NCBI GenBank assembly: GCA_951406725.2
Contig: OX597814.1
Location: 169,280,001-169,404,000 of the forward strand
Reading direction: 5' to 3'
From: Octopus vulgaris
Taxonomy: Eukaryota
DNA length: 124,000 bases
Part shown: one piece after another, positions 83,811 through 96,478 of the stretch
How the letters are laid out: each line of letters begins with the position of its first letter
Position numbering within the stretch: position 1 is the first letter of the stretch
The notes under the pieces: model-generated
Seen by the model: only the letters and a program-made list of their open reading frames with translations
Databases searched by the model: none
What the model was told of the DNA's origin: nothing
Made by a program: the position numbers and the translations under genes

Positions 83811-86800
83811 TCATCTTGATATCTGCTTATCACCACCTTTCTATCTTTCTATCTATCCGTTTATATTTAACTTGTGAGTATATGATTTATATATATGTGT
83901 GTGTGTGTGTGTGCTAATATTTTCGTATGTTGTGTCAATATGTTCATTTATACGTAAGGCGCCCCTTATTTGTACGAATATATATATGTGTGTGTATAAC
84001 GTAAAGTGCGTACTGATATGTTCGCAACGGGCAAGTAACCCATTAAAACAAATATTTACAAACACCAGAAACAAATAAAGGACAAATAAAGCAATTGCAA
84101 ACAAATTAATAAACTAAACAACATTCGCGTATAGCTAGATATATCCCCATATCTATCAGTGTACTTATATGTATATACGTGTATTCATAAGCATATTCGC
84201 ACGCACATACGTACGTACATATATGCGAACTAACAAAGTGGGTCTCCGTCGGTTTCAATACTAGGAAGTCTGTTATTCGATATACTGAACTTGTGTATAA
84301 ACGAACGAACAAGCGACTTAGTATTCCACGACAGTAATACTTTTTTCCCCCCTAGGGATAGGATTGGCTGTGTGGTTAAGAAACCAGTTTTATCACGAAG
84401 TGGTTTCGGGTTTAGTCACACTGCACGGCACCTTGGTGAGTGGTTTCTACTATAGCGCTGACCAAAGGACGAAGACAGGTGGTGTAGAAAACAAACAGAT
84501 GTATTAGTATAACGCTCAGGAATAGAAAAAGTCTTTTACGTTTCGAACCTACGCTCTTCTACAGAAAGGGACACAGAAAAAACATGGAGAGAAAAAAATG
84601 TGTGTAGTGGCTAACGATCTTATATATATATATATTTGTGTATCTCTGTGTGCAACCATGTAGTAAATATATAAACAGGGCAACTTAATAAGTTCTCCGG
84701 AGATTGAAAAAAATAATGATAATAAATAATCGATGACCAGTCATAATTAATTTTCGAATTTTATTGAATTCTTATCAGTGGGAACTTTCATAAATTAGAT
84801 CTACATTACGATAGTGAGTTGCTAAGCTGTTTATATACTAAACAAATACATTAGTTACAAAGAACTGGGCCTAGTAATTTTTATATTACAAGTGTTTAAC
84901 ACTCTCTTAAATATCAAGAGCCTGTCAACGAGGATCTCAGTTCAGACAGTACCAAGGTATGATATATGGAACCTCTGTGTGTGTGTGTGTGTGGGGGGGG
85001 GGATTGTGCCACACTACAACCACTTGATAACCAGTGTTGGTATGTTTATATTCCTGTTACCTAGCAGTTCAGCAAAAGAGAACAATGGAGTAAGCACCAG
85101 ATTTTAAAATGAATCCTAAAATCCTAAAAAATGAATTTATTCAAATCTAGATTTAAAAATGAATCCTAAAATCCTAAAAAATGAATTTATTCAACTAAAC
85201 AAGTGGTTCTCAACCAAGGCTCATATGACCCTTGGAGGTCCACATAAGATTTTGTTGTTAAAATTTATGAGCAATGAATAGGCGCATGAGTGGCTGTGTG
85301 GTAAGAAGCTTGCCTCCAAACCACAGGGTTCTGGGTTCAATCCCACTGCATAGCACCTTGGGCAAATGTCTCCTACTATAGCCTCAGGCCAACCAAAGCC
85401 TTATGAGTGGATTTGATAGATGGAAACTGAAAGAAGCCCATATATATGTATATATATATACAGGGCCATGAATGATCTTATCCCATATTTTGGATTTATA
85501 TATGTATATATATATATATGTATTTGTGTGTCTGTGCTTGTCCCCCCACCATTACTTGACAACCAATGTTGGTGTGCTTACATCCCTGTAACTTGATGGT
85601 TTGGCAAAAGAGACCAATAGAATAAGTACTAAGCTTACAAAGAATAAGTCCTGCATAGATATATATACAGGCATGCGTACACATGCATATATGTACATCC
85701 ATATATACATGCACCTATATATCCATACATACATGCACATACATATTAGGGTGTGCTGAAAAGTTCCTGACTTTAAGGGTGTCATGAAAGGTCTGGTTGG
85801 AGGCTCAACCTTCTGAGTTTTTTGCAGGGCTTAGAAAAACTGAAGGACCGCTGCAATAAGTGTGTGAGTCTGAGAGAGGAATATGCTGAATAAAATCATA
85901 ATTAGCTGATCCTCCTGTATTTTCTTTTAACCAAAGCCCGGAACTTTTCAGCAATCTCTTGTACATATGGAGGTGCATGGCTTAGTGGTTAGGGTGTACG
86001 CATCATGATCGTAAGATTGTGGTTTCAATTCCTGGACCGGGCAACGCATTGTGTTCTTGAGCAAAACACTTCATTTCACGTTGCTCCAGTCCATGCAGCT
86101 GGCAAAAATGAATAACGTTGTGATGGACTGGCGTCCCGTCCAGCTGGGGAACGCATACACCATAGAAACTGGGAAACTGGGCCCATGAACCTGGCTAGGC
86201 TTTAAAAAGGGTGCAATGGTGGTGCATCAGCATGGCTGCAGCTCTGAGCTGAAACTAGAGAGAAAAAGAAATGTACACTCATGGATATACATATCCTTCT
86301 ATCTATGCATACACATATATATTCACATACATTTATGCATATTTACATACAAGCAAACTCAGATGTCATAATGGAGATATTTTAAATGCTTCCTCATCAC
86401 ATGTATGTACATAAACTGCTTTTATTATGTGTGTCCAGGACTGTCATAGTTGTAGAGCTTGTTGCCTAGCCTGAGGTCAACTGATCAAGTAAAATATTGA
86501 TCAAAGGCACTCCAACTGTGACAATCCTGTCTATATTATCAAATGTTCCCTTTAAGATAGAAGTCACCAGCATCAAAGCCATGCTGTTAAAGTTACAGTC
86601 ACACTGGGCAGGACACATTTCCTGAATGGAAGATTATCTTTGAGACAAGATTGTGCTGTAGGGCGAACTCTCCACATTTGACAGAAGGCTGCCAAAGAAA
86701 GAGTATAATAGGCACTTTGAAGAACTCCCTTGATGTCTATTAAATTGACTATTGACAATTGTCTGCTATTGCTTCCATTTGTGATGTATGGTGATATACC

Positions 86801-88551
86801 GTTTACCTATTTCTTTATTACCCACAAGGGGCTAAACATAGAAGGGACAAACAAGGACAGACATAGGTATTAAGTCGATTACATCGACCCCAGTGCATAA
86901 CTGGTACTTAATTTATCAACCCCAAAAGGATGAAAGGCAAAGTCAACCTCGGCGAAATTTGAACTCACAACGTAACGACAGACAAAATACGGCTGCGCAT
87001 TTCGCCCGGCGTGCTAACGATTCTGCCAGCTCACCGCCTTGTGATATACCTATTTCTTTACTACCCACGAGGGGCTAAACACAGAGTGGACAAACAAGGA
87101 CAGACGAACGGATTAAGTCGATTACATCGACCCCAGTGCGTAACTGGTACTTAATTTATCGACCCCAAAAGGATGAAAGGCAAAGTCGGCCTCGGCAGAA
87201 TTTGAACTCACAACGTAACGGCAGCCGAAATACCGCAAAGCATTTTGCCCGACGTGCTAATGATTCTGCCAGCTCGCCGCCTCTGCCTTCTGATATACTG
87301 TTTACCTGTTTGTCTCCTGCAAGACTGTATGTAGGGCTGCCTTTAAGGACAAAAGAAGACTAAGGAAGACTGTAACACGGATTGGTGCTGAAACTTGAAC
87401 CGAATTTCTTTTGCAGCTGCTGTGACTTGGTTTGCTTATTCTGTATTGGTTTATTTTACCATCCTTGAGCCTGGAGAGTTGAAGCCCAGTGGTGACTAAA
87501 TGGTGAACCCTCATTTGTGAAGCCAAGGAAAGATGATGAGGGTGTTATTTGAAGGAAACTCGGTTGCTATGTCTAGCAGGTTGAAGGACCATGTAGAGGT
87601 TATCTTGTTAGGTAGAGCATATGAAATAATGGGAAGGGGGAATGTATTAGACAATGTAGTCCTAAATATACTATTTATATATCTGTCTATGCCTGTCTGT
87701 TTATCCATGTACCTGTCTGTCTATCTGTCTGTCCATCCATCTGTTCGTCTGTCCATCTTGCCATCCGTTCATCTGTCCATCCATCCATTTGTCTCTTCTC
87801 TGTGCTAAACTAATTTAAAAAAGAAAAGGTGATCTTTCGTCTCTAGTAGACCTTTCCGTCGATTTCCGTAAAAAAATTTCTTTTTTTTTACATATGGGTT
87901 GCGGGAACTTTTGAAGTAATGAGAGCGAAAGAGACTAAGAGAAAGCGATTGTATGACGAGGGAAGTTCTTTTGAAGTTACCGTGCATGGGAGCATTGATG
88001 TGTGTGTGTGTGTTTGATGGGGTGTGGGAGACAGACAGTATGTTGTGTAAGTGAAGTGCTTCTGTTAGTGTGTGTGAAGAGACAGAGTAATGTGTGAAAG
88101 AAAGAGATAACTGAAATTTTTTACTCGGTGTATGTGTATATGTATGTATATTACTTCAAAAGTTCCCGCAAGCCCATATGTAAAAAAAAAAATTTTTTTT
88201 ACGGAAATCGATGGAAAGGTCTACTAGAGACGAAAAATCGCCAAAGAAAAAAAAGGTTTGACTGATTGATTATATAAAATATCCAAAGCAAAAATTCAAA
88301 AGCCAGCACATGTGAGAAAAAGTATACCACGTCACCTTATATACAAAATTCACCACAATTACGGAGATGTACTTGCATAGCAAGTGACTTGATCTGAGAT
88401 CGTGCGCTGGAACAAAAACAATTGCTGCGTGGAAGTTGTTTATAAGCCATTTAAGAAATACACAAAACCGTTAGATTCACTTCAACATTCAAATTTAATT
88501 TGTCAAAATATTATCGTCGCTTTGAGATCGCGACCTGTTCACTGACAATTT

Positions 88552-88981
88552 TCTCTCTATATATAAACGGCAGTTTGTCTGTCTGTGTGTCTGTGTGGCT
88601 GTCAGGTTGTACCCTCACCCTGACCACGGCTTTCAACTGATTGTGATGAAACTTGACACACACATAGCCCAATGTCATAATTCAAAACTAACGCAGCGAA
88701 AATTTTGAAAAGTTCCCCCAGTTCTGAAAGAAATCGATAAATTCGACATGGGGTCAAGAATCTAAGCTTTTTATATGCAACACATTTTCTGTTGTAGTTT
88801 TCACAACTTGCAATCGGGAGACAGCTAGGAACATCATATACATAGAAGTATTCGAGTTAAGAGAAGACATTGCAACCTACACATGCGCCTTCGTTCCCTA
88901 GAGGGAAAGAACTAGATTGGGATTAGCCGTTGCCTACTAGGGGTTCTTACATACCCGGGCAACGCCGGGCTATGCTGCTAG
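88552..88981 (+). mobile_element. Non-autonomous Helitron-like element
   Basis: TC start, CCCGGGCAACGCCGGG hairpin and CTAG-T end, as at 30826-31195. Confidence 0.75.
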
Positions 88982-89762
88982 TTTTTTATAAAATATGATA
89001 TCCTGATTTCCTTTCTCCCATCGTTCCGTCTTCTTTTCTTTGTTTGATTCTTTTCTTTTTTCCTTCTCTATTCATTTTCATTTTCTTACTTTTTCTTCCC
89101 TCTTCTTTCCTTCGGTTTTTCTTTCTTTTTCTTTTTTTCTTTTTTTTCATTCTTCCTCCCTGCTCTCTCACTCTTTTCGCTCTCACTTTTTTTTATTTCA
89201 TTTTATTTTACATTCCCTAAATATGTCACAACGTTCAATAGTTAGAATAGTAAACTTATTTGCATAATGGGCCATAATTAAATATTTACAACAAATGAAT
89301 ATAATTGTCTTTACTAAGATTACATAGGTTTCTGAATTTCACAGACGTTATAACGAAAACACAGACTCATTATGTTTTGTGCACTAGTTAACGATAGATC
89401 AATCAAGATAATTGATACTTTGTACTTGAAATGTTTTCTTTAGAAATGGTAAGATGGTCAAAATCTGTGACAGGTGAATGGCAAGCTTAGTAGATCATAA
89501 TGCAAATACCATGTGGTGTTTGGTTATGTTCCTTTGTTTTTTTTTTGTTCAAATCCCACTTAGATTTATTTTTACCCTTCATCCCAATTGAGGTCAATAA
89601 AATAAGTTCCTAGAAACTCACTTTGAAACCATGTGATTTCTGGTTCATTCCCACTGTGTGGTACCTTGGGCTTGTGTCTTCTATGATAGCATCTGATTGA
89701 CCACTGCCATGTGAGTGAATTTTATTGATGGAAACTGTGTGGAAGGCAGGCATACACATACA

Positions 89763-89794
<32 letters not shown>

Positions 89795-90646
89795 CATACA
89801 TGCACACACACATATAGGTGCAGGCATGGCTGTGTGGTAAGAAGCTTGCTTCCCCACCCACATGGTTTCAGGTTCAGTCCCACTGTGTGGCACCTTGGGC
89901 TAGTGTCTTCTACTACTGCTTCAAAGTGGATTTGGTAGACAGAAACTGAAAGAAGCCTATCAGGCTTCTTTCAGTTTCTTAAGACGGCAAGCTGGCAGAA
90001 ACGTTAGTGCGCTGGGTGAAATGCTTAGTGGTATTTTGTCTACCGTTATGTTCTGAGTTCGAATTCAGCTAAGGTTGACTTTGCCTTTCATCCTTTCGGG
90101 GTCGATAAATAAAGAACCAGTTTCACACTGGTTTGTCCCCTCTATGTTTAGCCCCTTGTGGGCAATAAAGAAATAAGAAACTGAAAGTAGCCTGTCTTAA
90201 TGTCTGCTTTCCATACGGGCATGGGTTGGATGGTTTGACTGAAAACTGGTAAGCTGCACCACATTTCAAGCTGATTTGGCATAGTTTCTACAGCTGAATG
90301 CCCTTCCTAACACTGACCACTCCAATAATGTAGTGGGTGCTTTTCATATGTCACCACCTCAGTGAGGTTTCCATGTGCCACCAGTTACAAAACACCAGCA
90401 TCAGCTACAACTATGATCTCACTTGGCTTGATAGTCCTTCTCAAGTATGGTATACTGCCAAAGGTCTCTGTTACTTGTCACTGCCTCTGTGAGGCCCAAA
90501 GTTCAAAGGGTTCTTTTTATGTGCCACTAGCATGGGTGCCAGGTACGTAACACTGGCATTGGCCACAACTATGATTTCACTTGTCTTGAGAGGTCTTCTG
90601 AAGCACACCATATCACCCAATGTTCGAAGGGTGCTTTTTATATGTG

Positions 90647-90685
<39 letters not shown>

Positions 90686-93600
90686 TTTTGTATACATATA
90701 TCTATGTATCTGTCTTTGTGCCCCCATTATCACTTGACAACCCGTGTTGGTATATTTACATCCCCATAATTTAGCAGTTTGGCAAAAGAGACCAATAGAA
90801 TAAGTACTAGGTTTAAAATGTAATTCATGGGGTCAATTTGTTTGACTAAAACCCTTCAAGGCAGTGCTCCTGCATGGCCACAGTCAAATGACTAAGACAG
90901 CTAAAAGAATAAATGAATAAAAGAATATATATATATATATATGTATATATCATCATCATCATCATCATCGTCATCATCTTATGTCTGTTGTCCATGCTGG
91001 TATGAGCTGGATTGTTCGACTGGGCTGGCATGCTGGAAAGCTGCACCAGGCTCCAGTCAGATTTGGCACGGTTTTCTAAAGCTGGATGCCCTTCCTAACA
91101 CTAGCCACTCCGAGAGTGTAATGGATGTTTTTATGTGCCACTGGCACCGGTGCCATTTACATAACTCTGGCATCTGCCACGACTGCAATTTTGCTCAGTT
91201 TGATGGGTCTTCTTCTCAAGTGCAACATAATACCTAAAGGTCTTGGTCATTGCCCTCCATAAGGCCCAACACTCAAAAGACAGTGCTGGCTGTCTAATTA
91301 AGACACACTCCTTTTCTCGATTAAAGTGAATGTAAAAATCTACCAAAGGTATCATTTTAGATTGATCTTCCTATTTGTCAACCAACAAGGTATAAGTCTT
91401 AGGATGAAAGGTGGTACCTATGATCCTTACAGGGCCTCCAAGGTTTATGAAAGGGAAGGAGCCAGATATCCTCAAGCATGAACTTCACTAAAGTTTTTCA
91501 AGGTGACAAGTGGTGATTTTAAACCTGGCAATGGATTAAGTTTGTGACCCGAGTAGGCCTTGGTTGGATTAGAACACAGAGCACAAAGAGCTAGAACAAA
91601 TATCAAGGCATCTGGTCCTGAAGTTCTTCAGTTCTGCCATTCTTTTGAAGATGGTGTCCCAGCATGGCTACAGTCCAATGCTTGAAACAAGAAAACGATG
91701 AAAAATAAAACCTTGAATTGTATTTGTAAAAGTCTTCAGCCTATGATACCGCATGCTGCACACTTGTGCACTGCAGCACACTGTTTGAGAACCACTTCTC
91801 TAGACATCCATTGTGGCATGTGCAAGCCTATATTTTCCAGCTGGGGTTTCCCTCAACCTCAAGTTTATCCAACACATCTCTAGAACTTTTGCGAAACAGT
91901 GATAAATAAAGTAATTATATGTAAATGCATTTTGGTATTTAAATCTATATTCATAATTTTATTAAACACACACAGCAGAAGATCTAGATGTAGACCATGA
92001 ACAAGATGGTTGGATAATAACTTAAACTGATGGTGCTTTTTGAGAGGATCTTTTAAAGGCCTTGTTTACAAACTCTGTTCTCACAACCCTCACATGAAAA
92101 AGTGGGTAATGAAGAAGGATAGGTGAATGGACTAGCATGGAATATTCCTGACAGTAAGAAAATCCGGTATTGGTAGATAGTAAGATGACCCTACATGGAA
92201 AATTGCCTCTTGATAGAAAATTGTAAGGAAAATTATTTTAAATAAGTTCTTGAGTGAAGTGAAATTTCTGAAAGCATCTTGGTCATGTCTGATAGATAGA
92301 TTTAGGCTGCTGAACTTTTACCCTTTGGCATTAGGATTCTTCAGTGAAATATAATGCTTATTCATTCACATTGTTTTAAATTAAGCATGCATTATCTTGT
92401 AGCTTCAAGATTTCGATGATATGATTGTTTGTTTTTAGACTGACATTGTAGGGTAGGTATGAGAAGCGAAAGCTGACCAGTTTGAGCATAAAACAGGCAG
92501 AATATTTGGGCCAGATATGGCTAGTTTAAATGCTAAAGAGTTAAAGGCGAAAACAGTTTTATGATTCAATATCTCATGAAATTTAAAATTTATGAAAGAG
92601 AAAGAAAGAAAATGATTAATAAAGATATTATAATAATTTTTATCTACGAATCCCTTAAGACATGGTATTGTATTTCAAGGGGTTTCCTAAGACAAAGTAT
92701 GTGGAATGCTGCCTTAGAAGGTGATATCCAAGCTTGGCAATAGTTGTGTGGCTTAAATCTGTAAAAGAGTGTTAATAACTAATAACCCATTTATGTTTGT
92801 ATACTCTTTTACTCTTTTACTTGTTTCAGTCATTTGACTGCGGCCATGCTGGAGCACCGCCTTTAATCGAGCAACTCGACCCCGGGACTTATTCTATTGT
92901 AAGCCCAGTACTTATTCTAGCGGTCTCTTTTGCCGAACCGCTAAGTAATGGGGACGTAAACACACCAGCTTCGCTTGTCAAGCAATGCTAGGGGGACAAA
93001 CACAGACACACAAACACGCATATATATATACATATATACGACGGGCTTCTTTCAGTTTCCGTCTACCAAATCCACTCACAAGGCTTTGGTCGGCCCGAGG
93101 CTATAGTAGAAGACACTTGCCCAAGGTGCCACGTAGTGGGACTGAACCCGGAACCATGTGGTTGGTAAACAAGCTACTTACCACACAGCCACTCCTGCGC
93201 CTATTAATAAAGATATTATAATAATATATATACATTTTTTTCTAAAAAGTAGATTGCCCATGTATTTATTTCAATTAATTTTCAATATAATGAGGAGTTC
93301 GGAAAGGTTAAGTAAAAAAAATATCTGTAATTTTATGTATTGGTTAAATATTGATCTATTGAAATCTCGGGTCATTGTTCCCTTAGTAATGAGATTTTGA
93401 TATTGATTTTAGAATGAATATGGTAACTTGAGTAATAGCTGACTCTGGTGTACTGAAATATACACACACAGCAAGAATGAAAATACTGTTTCAATTATGA
93501 GGTCTAGAAATAAGAATTAACCCTATCATGGTTAAATTGCCAAACTGCAAAAAAAAAAAAAAAAAAAAAAAACCCCAAAAAAACAGAAAATGAAAAAATG

Positions 93601-96478
93601 AAAAAATTATAACTGAAAAAGTTTCAATAGCTGTCACATAGTACAATAGCTTGCATGCAATAATGTTGTACAAATGTAAGGAATCCTTAGAGCTCATCTA
93701 AGCTTTCAATTTTGCAATTTTCTTTCCATAATAGCATATTATTTGAAGCGTTAAGAATTATTAACAATTGGTATAGTAGGTCTAAAAAAGGTGTTATTGC
93801 CAGGTATACAATCAAAAGTGTCAGTCTTTGATCATGTGGCAGAAACCGTTATAATTTTCATTTTTTTTTTCTTCATTATAGCACAAGGCTGAGCATTTTT
93901 GTGAAAGGATATACCAAAACCAATGATACAAATCTTCTGTATGGATATTGCAAATCAGAATTACTTGAGTGCTGGAAAAAGTGCTTTGCTGTTATTCTTT
94001 TGGTGTTTTATAAACTGAGTTCAAATCCCACTGACATAAATTCTGCTTTTCATCTTTTTGGGGTCAAAAAAATAAAGTACCAGTTAAGTATTGGGGGTTC
94101 ATGGTACTGACTAGCCCTTCCTCCCTGCAAATTTGTTGCCATCTGCCTATATTAGAAACAACAAAAACAACAACTACTACCACCATCACCACCACCACTA
94201 CCACTGCTGCTGCCACTACCACCACCACCACCACCACTGCCATTGCCACTGCCACTGTTGCTGCTGCTACTACTGCTACCACCACCACCACCACCACCAC
94301 CATATATATATATATATATATATACATTATGTTTTCGTTTCTCATTGTGTTCAGCATTTTTTTTTTGATGTCCTGTACCCATATATGCATGTATATATAC
94401 ATATAGATGTAGGTATATACATATATGTATCTATATATATGCATATATCTATATATCATTTATATCATTATATGATCGAACACCACGCATCCTTTTCCAA
94501 GTAAGTTTTATCTTAATAATTATGATGCGCACTCTTCTTTACTATTTCTCCGGTCTATCTCTCTCCCTCTCTTGTTCTTCATCCTTTCTGTTTTTCTCTC
94601 CCACCCTTCTCTATTCTTCTCCTCTCCCCTTCACCGTTTCCTCTCTCTTACTCCTCCCCCCGACTCTCTCGTCACTGACACGTGATCAGAGGGAAGCCAT
94701 CTTTCCAACTGCTATCTTCACCAAGACCAGACCGTTTATCCTGTCTCTTATAATAAGCTGTCTCCTCAAGCATTCAGAATAATTTTTCCATCGTCTTGGC
94801 TTAACAGCCCTCATCATTTGTTTTTACCGTGTTATTCTCCTTGTCCTGTCTTTAACTGTTTTTACTTTTATTGTTTTTACTGTCTTGTTTTGTTCTTACT
94901 GTCCTGTTCTTGTTACCACTTTTACCCCTCCGCAAAAAATCCCAAATTTTATTTAATTTGCTTTGCGAGAAGGACTGTTTCAACGAAGTTACGTCTTGTC
95001 CTTACGTGAAGTAGATGAAACAGAGACAACTGAAGAAGGGGAATATTCCTTGTGTTGTATGTCTTGTACTCTGTTTTTTCGTTGTTTGAAAAAGTTTGTT
95101 TCCATGTTTTTGTTTTTATGTTTTCGTTTCTCATTGTGTTCAACGTTTTTTTGATGTCCTGTACCCATATATGCATGTATATATACATATATGTAGGTAT
95201 GTACGTATATGTCTGTATATATGGATATATTATATATTATTTATATTATTATATGATCAAATGCCACGCATCCTTTTCCAAGTAAGTTTTATCTATATAT
95301 ATATATATGTGTGTGTGTGTACACACACACATGCACACATGCACACACACAAACACATACACACACACTCACACACACATATGTAATTTCTGAAGTAGCC
95401 TGCAGATTTTAACACTTCTACAGTTTAATATCTTATTGACTTTGTTTTCCTTCACTTCTGCTGCTAATATCTCTAGAAAAGACATGCTTGGTAATGCTTT
95501 TCCGGTCTTTCATCTTAGAAGAAGGATACATACTGTCATGTTAACCAGGTAGATTAAAATTGCCATAGAGATTTATCATAACTCATTGAAGTCTTTCCCT
95601 ATTTGAGTGTTAATTCTGCATCTCAATGGGTTATGAACTAATCACAACTTCCATACTTTTGATACTCTTACCAATGAAGAAACTGGTAAAATACTCTCTG
95701 AAGACATTGGAACATTTGATGAATGACTGAGTACTGACTGAAAAATATCTACACATAATAAATACCGTGTTAATGCGTATCTCATCTGAGTTTGCTTTCA
95801 GTAACTCTCATTGTCAGTACTGACTGATGAGAGGTAATCTGCAGAAGATAATTGCATTAGTCATCCATTGATGGATTTGGTGTTATTAAATTAGAAGAAG
95901 TCATAATTGATTCGTCTATCCAAAAACACCTCTGTAGATTTATTCCCCAAAATCATTAGTGGCAAAGTACCAGTGGCATTTCAAAGATTCTTAGTTCTTG
96001 ATAACCCACTTTACCGAACTTTAAATAGGCATCTGTGGAATATGTAGAATTCTCTATTAAGTAGATATTGCTTGCTTTTCAATTAGGTAGAAACACCTAC
96101 TGTGTTGGTGAATAAATAGATGGAACTGCTGTGTTGCCAGAAAAATGAAAATAAAATTAGGCATTGACTGCAGTGAACTTCCAAAATGAGGACATCTGGA
96201 ATAATGGAGGTCCTAAGTTAATGGAAATAGTAGCCAAATTTTCCTCAAATCACATTTTGTTATTGTGAAAAAAGAACGCATTAGATGATGTAGTTCAAGA
96301 TACATTATGTCCGAGGAAGCCATTGGCTACATAATGTCATTATTCTGGATGTCATTATAATAGGAGTGCTAACCTAACAGAAATAGCAGCTAAATTTCCC
96401 TCAAATCACATTCTATTATCGTGGAAACAGAAGACTACATTTGGTGATGTAGCCTAAGAGCTGTAGGTTATTTAAGTT

